From Lysobacter hankyongensis (lineage in GTDB: Bacteria > Pseudomonadota > Gammaproteobacteria > Xanthomonadales > Xanthomonadaceae): a stretch of DNA of 32,000 nucleotides. Numbering within the stretch: the stretch's first letter is position 1; every line of letters starts with the position of its first letter. The notes beneath the pieces were generated by a model. It worked only from the letters and a program-made list of their open reading frames with translations, did not search any database and had not been told where the DNA came from. A program made the position numbers and the translations under genes. The DNA lies in contig NZ_BAABJE010000018.1 in assembly GCF_039543145.1 (NCBI RefSeq), positions 5,123 through 37,122 of the forward strand, given 5' to 3'. This document shows positions 1 to 11,000 of the stretch, piece by piece.

Positions 1-1959
1 TCAGCCCACCAGCAGCCGGTTCATCCGCGCGATGAACGCCGCCGGGTCGTCCAGGGTGCCGCCTTCGGCCAGCGTCGCCTGTTCGAACAGCAGCGCGGCG
101 TAATCGGCGACGCGGGCGTCGTCGTCCTGCGCGGCCGCGACGCGTTTCAGCAGCGCGTGTTCCGGGTTGATCTCGAGGATCGGCGCGGAGGCCGGCGCGT
201 CCTGTCCCAGCGATTTCATCAGCTGCTGCATCTGCAGCGACATCTCGTATTCGTCCAGCACCAGGCAGGCGGCGGAATCGACCAGACGGTTGGAGACGCG
301 CACGTCCTTCACTCGGTCGCCCAGCGCGGTCTTCAGCGTTTCCACCAGCGGCGCCGCGGCCTTCGCGGTTTCTTCCTGCTTCGCCTTGTCCTCGGCGCTG
401 CCGAGCTTGTCGAGGTCGATCTCGCCCTTGGCCACGTTGCGCAGGCGCTTGCCGGCGTATTCGTGCAGGTAGCCCGACATCCAGTCGTCGATGCGTTCGT
501 GCATCAGGATCACTTCGACCCCGCGCGCCTTCAGCGCTTCGAGCTTGGGATGGTTGCGCGCCGCGTTCCAGCCGTCGGCGGTGAGGTAGTAGATCTCGTC
601 CTGCAGGCCGGTCATGCGGCCGATGTAGTCGTCGAGGCTGGCGCGCTCGTCGGCGCTTGCGCTGCGCGTGGTCGGGAAACGCAGCAGCTTGAGCACGCGT
701 TCGCGATTGGCGCCGTCTTCCACCACGCCTTCCTTCAGGGTGGCGCCGAAGGCGTTCCAGAACGTCGTGTACTGCTCGGGCTCGTCGCGCGCGATCTTCT
801 CCAGCTGGTCGAGCACGCGCTTGGTCAGCGCGCCCTTGATGCGTTCGACCTGGCGGCTTTCCTGCAGCAGTTCGCGGCTCACGTTCAGCGGCAGGTCGTC
901 GGAGTCGACCACGCCGCGCACGAAGCGCAGATACGCCGGCAGCATCTGTTCGGCGGCGTCCATGATGAAGACGCGCTTCACGTACAGCTTCAGGCCCTTG
1001 CGTTCGTCGCGCCCGGCCTGGAAATCGAACGGCGCGTGCGCCGGCAGGTACAGCAGCGAGGTGAAGTTCTGGTTGCCTTCCACGCGGTTGTGGGTCCACG
1101 CCAGCGGGTCGGCGAAATCATGCGAGACGTGCTTGTAGAAGGCCTTGTAATCGTCGTCGCTCAGGTCGCTCTTCGATCGCGTCCACAGCGCCGAGGCCTG
1201 GTTGACGGTTTCGAGCGCGGGTGCCGCGGCCTCTTCGCCGTCTTCGCCGTCTTCGCCGTCATTGGCCTTCGGGGCCGGCGCGGCCATGCGGATCGGGAAC
1301 GCGACGTGGTCGGAGTAGGTGCGCACCAGCGAGCGCAGCTTCCAGTCCTGCAGATAGTCGCCGGCGTCCTCGCGCAGATGCAGGCGCAGCGCGGTGCCGC
1401 GCGGCGTGTCGGCGGGCGCGGCTTCGAGGCTGAACTGGCCGTCGCCGTTCGAGCGCCAGATCCAGGCGTCATCGTGGCCGGCGCGGCGGCTGGTCACGTC
1501 GATGCGGTCGGCGACGATGAAGGCGGAATAGAAGCCGACGCCGAACTGGCCGATCAACTGCGCATCGATGCTTTCGCCGGACGCGCGCTGGCCGGCGGCG
1601 AGGCTGTCGAGGAAGCGCCGGGTGCCCGAATGCGCCACGGTGCCGAGGTTCTGCATCAGCTCCTCGCGCGACATGCCGATGCCGTTGTCGCGGATCGTCA
1701 GCGTGCGTGCGTCGGCGTCCAGCAGCAGGTCGATGGTGAGTTCGCCGCCGTCGGCCAGCAGCGCCGGCGCGGCGATGGCTTCGAAGCGCAGCTTCTCGCA
1801 GGCGTCGGAAGCGTTGGACACCAGCTCGCGCAGGAAGATGTCCTTGTTGGAATACAGCGAGTGGATGACCAGTTGCAGCACCTGCTGCACGTCGGCCTGG
1901 AAGGCGTGGGTCTCGACCTGGGCGCCGCTTTCGGGCGCGGTGGGGGTGTCGGTGCTCAT
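1..1959 (-). CDS. htpG: Molecular chaperone HtpG (Hsp90 family), complete, 652 aa
   Basis: Complete ORF with ATG at 1957-1959 and TGA at 1-3. The translation carries Hsp90/GHKL ATPase hallmarks: ETHAFQADVQQVLQLVIHSLYSNKDIFLRELVSNASDACEKLRF, IRDNGIGM, GQFGVGFYSAF. It also has an acidic charged linker and a conserved C-terminal dimerisation region. An AGGAG Shine-Dalgarno sits 7 nt upstream of the ATG. Confidence 0.95.
   Translation of the reverse strand: MSTDTPTAPESGAQVETHAFQADVQQVLQLVIHSLYSNKDIFLRELVSNASDACEKLRFEAIAAPALLADGGELTIDLLLDADARTLTIRDNGIGMSREELMQNLGTVAHSGTRRFLDSLAAGQRASGESIDAQLIGQFGVGFYSAFIVADRIDVTSRRAGHDDAWIWRSNGDGQFSLEAAPADTPRGTALRLHLREDAGDYLQDWKLRSLVRTYSDHVAFPIRMAAPAPKANDGEDGEDGEEAAAPALETVNQASALWTRSKSDLSDDDYKAFYKHVSHDFADPLAWTHNRVEGNQNFTSLLYLPAHAPFDFQAGRDERKGLKLYVKRVFIMDAAEQMLPAYLRFVRGVVDSDDLPLNVSRELLQESRQVERIKGALTKRVLDQLEKIARDEPEQYTTFWNAFGATLKEGVVEDGANRERVLKLLRFPTTRSASADERASLDDYIGRMTGLQDEIYYLTADGWNAARNHPKLEALKARGVEVILMHERIDDWMSGYLHEYAGKRLRNVAKGEIDLDKLGSAEDKAKQEETAKAAAPLVETLKTALGDRVKDVRVSNRLVDSAACLVLDEYEMSLQMQQLMKSLGQDAPASAPILEINPEHALLKRVAAAQDDDARVADYAALLFEQATLAEGGTLDDPAAFIARMNRLLVG
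1233..1259 (-). repeat. In-frame 3 x 9-nt tandem repeat (cttcgccgt) encoding DGE-DGE-DGE in the HtpG charged linker
   Basis: Read directly from the sequence: cttcgccgt occurs three times in tandem. The translation is ...NDGEDGEDGEEAAAP.... Confidence 0.85.
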
Positions 1960-2002
1960 CCGGTAGCTCCTGGGGATGCCGTTGAAACGAAGGGATGCGC
2001 CG

Positions 2003-2033
2003 GAATTGGGCGCGATCTCCGGGGTTTCAAGGG
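2003..2033 (-). promoter_or_regulatory. Putative sigma32 (RpoH) heat-shock promoter of htpG
   Basis: The minus strand reads CCCTTGAAA (2033-2025), a 14-nt spacer, then CCCAATTC (2010-2003). The E. coli sigma32 consensus is CCCTTGAA-N13-17-CCCCATNT. The -10 element lies about 45 nt upstream of the htpG ATG. htpG is a classical RpoH regulon member. Confidence 0.55.
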
Positions 2034-2096
2034 CGCGGCCCGGCGGCGGCGGCCGGGTGCGGGTGGGTCCGCGCCCGCCACCGCCGTCGTCGCCGC

Positions 2097-5000
2097 TCAG
2101 GGCGCCGCCGGCTGCACCGTGTAACCGACGATGAGGTAGGCGTCCTCCAGCGCGTCGGGGTCGAAGTCGGCGAAATCGCCGCCGACTTCACGGAACCGCA
2201 GCCGCCAGTCGGTTCCGGTGGCGCCCAGCACGGTCGGGCCGAATCCCACGGCGGCGCTGTCGCCGTAGCGCGACAGCGGATCGTCGGGATCGAGCGCGAG
2301 CGCCGAGGTCGCGGCGGCGGCGAGCGGCGGCGCGCCGAACTCGACCTCGAAGTCGGGTCCGGCCCCGCCCGCGGCGGGCGGGTATTCGGCCATCAGCTGC
2401 ACGTTGCGCAGTTTCACCAGGCGCTCGTCGCCGCCCGGGAAGCGGCTGCGATCCAGATGCAGCAGCAGTTCCGGCACCGCGCCGGGGGCGGGGTTGCGGA
2501 AGGCGGCCCAGCTCGACGCGAAGTCGGAGGACACCCGGAACACGCGCCGCATCTCCAGCCGGCTCTGCGCCGCGACCAGCTGATTGCGCAGATGGGCGAC
2601 GCTCGCGGCCTTGAACGCGCCGCCTTCCTCGCGTGCGGTGTAGCGCAGGTGCAGGATCACGTCGGCGATGCTGTCGTAATCGAAGGCGCGCAGGGTTTCG
2701 TCCTCGACCAGTTCGATCGACCAGCGGCTGATCGCGCCGGCGCCTTCGAACGGCAGGAAACGGTCGTCCTTCAGCGCCAGCTCGAACATCCCCGAGTCGT
2801 TCTGCCCGCTGCTGGTGGCGATGGCCGAGACCGGCACCTGTTCGACCCGGAAGCGCGGATCGTCCAGCGGCGTGCCGTCGGCCTGCATCCGCCGCGGATA
2901 GCCGGCGGCACCGCCCGGCAGCCGGGTGTCGACGCGGATCGCGTTGTCGAGCAGCCGCAGGGTGCAGGCGATGGTGGTGTTCGCGCCGGCGACGCAGGGA
3001 ATGGAGATCGCGGCCGATTTGATCAGGCGGAAGTAGTGGCCGGGGAAGTCGAGGTCGAAGAGTTCTTCGCCGAGATCCAGTTCGCAGCGACCGGTGCGCC
3101 GCAGCTCGATCAGCGCCAGCGGCGCCGACACCGCCAGCGAGACGTGCTTGGTCAGTTCGAACTTGCGCTTGTTGGCGGCGAGATAGGCGGCGTCCAGCCT
3201 GCGCAGGTCGAGCTGCAGCCGTTCGCCCGACTGCAGGCCCTTGCGCGCGCTGTCCCAGGCGCCGAAGCCGATCAGCGACGACGTGGTCAGCCCGTGCTCG
3301 AAGCGGTAGCAGCGTTCGGCGAGTTTGGCGTGGGCGTAGGCGAGCTTGTAGCTTTCGAAGAAGGTCTTGCCGATCTCGCCCGCCATCCACGCGTACAGCT
3401 CGCGGTTGGTGTACTTCGAGCGCATGAACTCGTCGATGGCCTTCGAATTCTCGAACTGCAGATCGTGGTTGGCGAGTTCGCGCCGGGCGTTGTCCACGCG
3501 GATCCGGGCGCCGGCGATCTGCACGCCGTACTGCTCGATCTCCTTCGCGGTGGTGCCGGCCTGCATCTGCCAGTCTTCGTAGCGACGCTGGTACCCGGCC
3601 ACGGTGGAGACCATGCCCGCGGTCTTGTCGACGATGCCGGCGGCCTGGGTGAGCGCCTTGGCCGCCAGTTCCAGCGCGCGCGAGAACGACATGCCGCCGG
3701 TGCTGACGGCGACGTGCGGCGAACCGCCGAAGCCGGAAGCGCCGGCGTTGAAGTTGGGAATGGCCGCGAGCACGCCGCCGAGGGTGTCGGCGACGGCGGC
3801 GCCGGCCGAAATCACCAGCGCCGCGGTGTTGAGCCCGAGCGCGACCTTCTCGCCGGTGTTCATGAATTCGCGCGAGCGGTAGTACTCGTTGCGCAGCCGC
3901 GCCATCTCGCGGGCGATCTCGAGATTGGCGACCGCGGTTTCGGCGTCGGCGATCGCCGCCGACTTGATCGCGCGCACCGCGTCGAGCTGCTTGAGTTCGT
4001 GGGTCTGCCGCAGTTGCGCCAGCGCTTCGCCATCCTTTTTCTCCAGCGCCGACAGCAGCGCGCCCGCGAAGCCCTTGAGGTCGCCGGCGAGTTCGTTCGC
4101 CTTCTGCAGATACACCTGGAAGCGATGCGGCGGCAGTGTCGCGGCGAGATCCGACAGCGAATCGCCGGCGCCGGCGCCGGCCATCATCGCCGCGATCGCG
4201 GCGGCCGGATCGATCGGCGGCGCGAACAGCGAGGTCCTGCGCGGCTGGCCGAGCAGATCGAGGCAGCTCTGGTACTTGCGGACGCGATCGTCGACCAGCT
4301 CCCACAGCGCCAGCAGCTTCTCGTTGCGCGGAATGCAGAAGTGCAGCACCGACGGCAGCGCTGGACCCGTCTGCGGCGGGCCGACCGGCGGCAGCACCGG
4401 CAGCAGGTCTTCGATCGCGACCAGCGCGTTGCCGAACGCGTCGATGTCCTGTTCCAGTTCGGCGTAGGTGCGCGTGCGCGGTTTGGCGCGCGGCGGCACC
4501 CGTTCCGGCATGTCGCCGACGAACGATTTGGCGTAGAGATACAGCGCGCCGCCCGCCATCACGCTTTCCACGTCCGGGCGCGCGAACAGTTTGTCGCCCC
4601 AGGCGACGAGGTTTTCGACGAAGCGGATGAACGCCGCCTTCTGGTAGGCGATGTCGCGCGTCGCGGCGACCAGATGCGGGTCGAAGGGATTGTCGCGCCA
4701 GGTGGCGACCTGGCGGATCAGTTCGTCGCGCGCGGCGACATCGACGCCGGGGTCGGAAGGATCGGCCGCGAGCAGACGGAGGATCTTGTCGATCCGCTGC
4801 GCGGTGTAGCCGGTGGCTTCGCGTTCGAAGAACGGGCGGGTGATCCAGAAGCGGCGCGTGTCGTTGGCGGCGAGCGGCAGCCCGGTGACCGGATCCTTGC
4901 CGTCGGCACCGGCCGGGTCGAAGATGTGGCGGAACCAGCTCATCGCTTCTTCGTGCCTGCCGGCTTTCATCAGCTGGGTGCCGACGAGGAACGGCGCGTG

Positions 5001-8000
5001 ATAGAACAGTTCCCAGTTGTACTGCGAATACGCGCCGCGCGGGCTGAAATCGACATCTTCGACGGGGTGGTACACCGGCACGCCGTCCGCGTCGTCGCGC
5101 AGCACGACGCCGTCGACCGGGCCGTAGCGGGTATCGAAATCGAGCGCGCCGCGACCGAACTGGGTCGGCCGCGCCAGCAGTTGACCGACGCCGCCTTCGA
5201 GCAGCGCATTGCGGAAGCTGCACACGCGCGGGTGATAGAACATCGAGAAGCGCAGGCGCCGCGTCGGGTCCACCCACAGCGCGTATTCGAGAAACATCTG
5301 CACCAGCGGCTGCAGGATCGGCGGAACCTCGCCCATCCATTCGCGCCACAGGTCCAGGATCTCCGAGCCGGTGAAGATCCGTCCGTCGTCGAAGGCGGAC
5401 ACCGGTTCGACGAAGAAGCTCTGGCCCTTGTCGGCGAAGATCCACGGCGCGCGCGTGCCCGCCGTCAGCGAATAGCGGTCCTTGCCGTGCGCCGGCGACG
5501 GCGTGCCGAGCAGCGCCGACAGCGTCCGCAGCGACTGCAGGTAATTGAGATCGAAACTGTTGAAGTGATGCGGGAAGGTGATCTTCACCCGGTCCGGCGT
5601 GCGATCGAGGATGGATGTGCCGCCGAGATACGTGCTGGTGCCGTAGGCGATCAGTTGGTCGACGTTGTCGATCTCGACATCGCGCGCGGCCTGCAGCCCC
5701 ATGTTCTGGAAGCCGACGGTCTGGATGTGCAGATACCGCGAGGCGCGCTCGGGATAACCGCGGCAGCCGAGGAATTCGTAGACGTCGCCGGTACTGGCGT
5801 AATGGCGGGCATCCATGTCCTGGAAATAGACGCGGCCGTCGGGCGCGGTGCGGCGCAGGTCGATCGGCATCCAGGCCAACGCTTCCTGCAGGCCGGGCCG
5901 GTCGGCGGCGGGCATCAGTTCGGTCGCGACTTTCCGCGGCGTCCACTTGCCGTTGCGCAGCTCGGACAGTGCGACGCCGGTGGCGATGAGCTGACGCGCG
6001 ACCGGCACGGTCGCGCCGCCGCCGCCCGAGGCCGGAATCGCGATGGTCGAACCGGTCTCCGGTTTCTGTTCGCGGAATTCGGGCCAGACCAGGAAGGTGC
6101 GGCGGTCGTACATGAAGGGCACGACCGGCGCGCTCTTGAGGTCGATCTCGATCTTCGACCACGGCGTCCAGCGTTCCGACGGATGGTCGAAGCGACGGTA
6201 GAAGTACGCGTGCGGCTCCTGGCCGGCGGTGCGGCCGACGACATGGAAGGCGCCGCGGCCATAGCCGTCGCCGTCCTGCCAGTGCACGCCGGTGACGTCG
6301 AGATTGGCCACCTGGTCGAGCTTGTCGATGTAATTGAGGAAGGCGTCGCGCGCGCTGTCCTCGGTCAGCTCGCTCTGCAGCAGTTCGTCTTCGAGATCCT
6401 TGAACGCATAGGACTTGTCGCGGCGCAGTTCGGGTTCGACCCAGTTTTCGGGGAACAGGAAGACCTTGCGGTTCGCTTCCCACAGCCGGTAGGCCTTCAT
6501 CCACTTCCACTGGTCCCAGCGACCATCCGCGGCCATGTGCGGCGAAACGTCGGGCTCGAAGCCCATGAAGCAGCGGTCGACGAAGGTCTGGATCGCGATC
6601 GTCGCCTGCACGATGCGCGAGGTCATCTGGCAGGCGCCCATCTTCGGATCAATCAGCAGATAGGCGAACACGTCGGTGGGTTTGCGCCAGCCGCCGGTCG
6701 GCGACGCGGGCAACCCGCCGGTGCCGGGCTCGACGTAGGTGAGGATGTAATCGCACAGCGCATCGCGGCGCAGCGTGCGCAGCGCGTCCTGCACCTGGCG
6801 CCCGGCCTCGTCGAACTGCGTGCCGAGCCGCGCGCGCATCGCCTGGCGCGCGATCGCGGCATCGTCGCCGGTGGGCGTGGCGCGGGCGAGCTTCAGCGCA
6901 TCGGCGGCGGCGAGCCGGGTGCGGCGGATCAGCGTCAATGCGCCGGAGAGCCGGAGCCAGGCCTGGGCGTTGCGGAAATCCTGCGGATAGGCGAGGCCGA
7001 GGCCCGCGCCCGGGGCGGCCAGCGCGGCGACATCGGACGCGCTCCAGGCCAGCGCAGTGTCGGCGGTGGCGAACAGATCGAGTTTGCCGGCGACCGGGCC
7101 GAGCGACACGCTCGCGGCATCGGCGAGCACGCGCGCCATCAGTTCGAGCAGGCGCACCGGCTTGCGTGCGGTCCTGCGATCGAGCAGCAGCAGTTCGCCC
7201 AGGCGCACCAGCCGCGCCAGCGGCGACAGCGCCGGTGGGCCGGGCGGTGCCGGCGGCGGCGCGGCGTAGGCCAGCGGCAGCGCGGCGAAGGACAGCAGAT
7301 CCGAATTGGCGGCGGCGGCGAGCGTCAGGGTCAGATCGATCTCGCGCGCGCCCATGCGGAAGGTGGCGGCGATGCGCGCCGCGCGATGGATCAGATCGAC
7401 CGCCTGGAACTGCGGCGCCAGCGCGGCGGGCGCGACCGGGCCGCTGGTGTCGACGAAGCCGGCGCGATCGGTCAGAAGGGCCAGCGGGGAGCCGCCGGCG
7501 ATGACGACCCGGCGCAGCAGCCGCTGCGACGATTCGCGGTCGAGTTCGGTCAGCGTCGCGATCGCGGCGATCGCGGCGTCTTCGGACGCGGCGGCGCGCG
7601 CCCGCGGCAGCAGCACGCCGAGCAGGGCGAGCAGATTGGCGCGGATCTTTGCGTCCGCGGCGGCCTCGTCGTCCGCGGCGGCGGCGAACTGCCAGGTCGC
7701 GAAGTCGGCGAGGCGCTCGGCGGCGGGGACGGGATCGGCGCGCGGCTGGTCGTACAGCGCGGTCACCGCGGCGATCCAGGCGGGATCGGCCGAGGCGGCG
7801 TTGAGCGCGGCGCGTTCGTCGGCGGTCATGATCCCGTCGAACTGCACCCGGTTGCGCGTCGCCAGCGGACGGACGCGGCGCTTCAGCGCGACCGGCAGCG
7901 CCAGACCCGCGGGCCAGGCCGACAGCGGCGCCTCGTAGCGCGTGGACACGGTGGCGATGTGCAGCCGCGGCTGCTGCGCCAGCGCATCGATCGCCGGGGC

Positions 8001-11000
8001 CCAGGCGGCGTTGCCGGCGACCGGGCCCACCTCCGCGGCGCTGGTGAGCAGCGCCTTCGCGGCAGGGCCCATCACGCCGGTGTAACTCAGCACCAGGCGG
8101 GCGCCGTCGACCACGGCGGTGAAGGGCAGCGCCGCGACGGCCGCGGTGAACACCCGGGCCTGCGCCGGCACCGGGCTGATCTCGACCCGGGCGACGAAGC
8201 GGTTCTCGACCACTTCGGCGATGCGCGCGGCGCGGCTCGCGTCGGGATCGAGCGGCGCCAGCGCGCCGTCGAGGCGTTCGATCAGCGACTGCCGGTCGCT
8301 GTCGGCGGCGGGCAGCGCGGTGTCGACATCGATCGCCTGCTGCGCGGCGCGCAGCGCGGCCAGCGATTCCGCGGCGGCATCGGCGGCGAGCGCGCCGGAG
8401 ACATCCAGCCGCGCTTCCAGCAGGTGCATCAGCGCGGCCGCGTCGAGTTCCAGCGTGCGGCTGCGGGCGACCAGATCGAGCGTGCGGATCAGGTCGGCAG
8501 GGCTCGCGAACGGATTGCCGCCGGCCAGTCGGGCGACCGCCAGCCATTCGGCGAGCGGCAGCTCCAGCGCGCGGGCGACGCGGACGTGCCGGTAGAGCAG
8601 CGACAGATTGGCCAGCGACAGGGCCGGCCCGGCGAGCGGCAGCAGCGCGTCGAGATCGGTCGAGGCGATCTGCAGCGCCGCCACGATCGCCGGACGGTGC
8701 TGCGCGATCAGCGCCGCAGGTGCGACCGCGGTGACCGCCGAGACCGCGAATGCAGGATCGACCGGACGATGGACCAGCGGGTCGAGGAACAGGCGCCGGT
8801 ACAGCGAGGGCAGCAGCGGTTCGTGCAGCGCATCGAAGCGGTCGTCGGTGGGAATCGGGCCGAACAGCGCGACCAGTTCGTCGACCGGCAGATCGCCCAG
8901 CAGCGCACGCACGCGGGTGGCATCGGCGATGGCCACGAGGTCGGCCGGGGTCGCGAGGTTCCCGCCAGCACCGAAGCGACGCACCAGCAGATCGGCGTCG
9001 GCGGTGCTGGCGCCGAGGGCGCGGGCCAGGCGCAGGAAGCGGTGCAGCCGGTCGAGATGGCCGGCGTCGAGCGTGACGATGCGCTTCTGGGCGAGATCGC
9101 AGCTGTCGTCGAGGTGCTGAATCGACAGCGCGCCGGCGGGGTTGGCGTAGGGCAGCGCGAGCAGGCGCAGCAGGTCGGCGTAGCTCAGGCCGGTCGCGGC
9201 GAGGAAGGCGGGCACCGGCGTGCAGCGCGCGACCGCCTGCGCCGCGGTGGTGGTGCCCCAATGCGGGCCGGGATTGGCGGCGGGCGTGACCAGCAGCGTC
9301 GCCAGTGCGGGGCCGATGCCCAGCCGGGCGGCCGCCAGCTCGAAGTCGGTGCCGTTGTTCGGCGCCGCCGGGCCGCGCAGTTCGCGCATCAGCGCGTCGC
9401 GTTCGATCCCGAGTTTGGACAGCGAGAGCCGGGTTTCGGCGCCGGCGAGGTCCAGCGGCAGCGTCCACGGGAAACTCTTGCCGGCCAGCGCGGCGACCGC
9501 CGGCGGGCTGGTGTATTCGGGCATCAGCGCGCGTTCGGCGGGCGTGCCGTGTGTGTTGCGCAGGACCCGCGCCTCGCCGGTCGCGGTGATGCGGACGCTG
9601 CGGTCGCCGTCGCGCAGCACCCAGCTGGTGCCGGCCTTGCGCACGCGCGCCGCGGCGCCGAGCGCGATCGGGGGAACGAACCCGGCGAAGGCCGCCACCG
9701 CCGCCGCGGGCACCGGATGGTCGTCGCTGTCCGCGGGCAGGGTCGCGCGTTCGGCGGCGGTGAGCGTGCCGACCGCGAACGCGGCGACCAGATCCTCCAT
9801 CGCCTCGATCGCGAGGTCGATGTAGGGCAAGGGCGTGAAGGCATTGGCGCAGTTGAGATCGATCCAGTCGAGGTCCGGCCGGCGCGACAGCAGCACGTCG
9901 CGGGCGTCGCGACCGCCGCCCACGTCGCGGTTCGACAGGAACAGCATCAGATCGGCGAGATAGGCCGCGGGACTGAGCACCGAACTGCAGTCGGTGCAGG
10001 CGCAGTCGTTGCCGAGATTGAACAGCGCGCCCAGCTCGGGCAACGCCGAGGTGTCGGCGGCGGACAGCGCGGCCATCACCGGCATTCCGGACACTTCGGC
10101 CTCGGCGGCGAGGCCGACGGCGAGCTGCAGGCTGGCGGCGGAGGTGGCGGCGGCGCGTTCGTACGCGAGGGTGGCCGCGCGCGCGCTCATGCCGGCCTCG
10201 CGGGTGAGGATGTCGACCACCGCGTCCTGGCCGCGGCGGTAGACCGCCTGCGCCGAGCCGAGGCCGTGCTTCGACAGCGTTTTCACCGCGGCGTAGTCCG
10301 ACGCCACCTTGTACAGGCGCTGCACCGGCTTCAGCGCTTCGACGGTCTTGAGCAGCTGCTTGCGTTCGGGCGCGCGCTTTTTCGCGCGCGCGGCGTAGCG
10401 GTCGAGCGACAGGGACGCGAAATCGATCGCGGGGTCCGCGTCCACGAGCGCGGCGAGCGCCTGCAGCGGCTTGGGAGATTTCCTGTCGCGCGCCAGGTCG
10501 CCGAGGAAGGCCTGGGTCGGAAACCGCGAACGGAAGCGCGCGGCGAGCAGCTCGCCGTAGCGCGCCATGTCGCCGCCGGCGGCGGCGACGTAGGCCGGCG
10601 GTTCGCGCTTGCCCGCCTTCTTCAGGAGGCCGGTCCAGGCCTTGGCGTCGTGCCGTGCGAGCACGCCGACCTGTTCGGGCGTCGCGATGTCGCCGGCGAG
10701 GCCGCCGACAAGATCGCGGTCGCCCAGGGTCGCGTCGTCGAGCGCGACCAGCGCTTCGACGCGACGCCGCAGCGCCACCGGAATGTCGGGATCCTGCTTC
10801 AAACGCGCGACCAGCCGGACGCCGGTGCCGGCGTCGAGATGGCGGTCGAGATCCTTGGCCTGCGGACCGAGCAGTTCGCGCAGCAGCGCGGGCGACAGCG
10901 CCTGGCCGGGGCGATCGGTATGGTTGCCCTCCGTGCCGTCGCGGCCGGCGAAGTCGGCGAACGCCTCGACGAAGCGTTCGATCCGCGGCGCATCCGCGTC

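Noticed and set aside
2033-2075. A GC-rich hairpin after the A gene, considered as an intrinsic terminator.
   Set aside because: The stem is only 6 bp with asymmetric flanks and no following U-tract, so it is not annotated as a terminator.
2188-9468. Large off-frame minus-strand ORFs (2188-6510, 1440 aa; 6649-9468, 939 aa) nested in the A gene.
   Set aside because: These are alternative frames of the same strand with Arg/Pro/Ala-rich nonsense composition. The main frame carries all the TcA family motifs.
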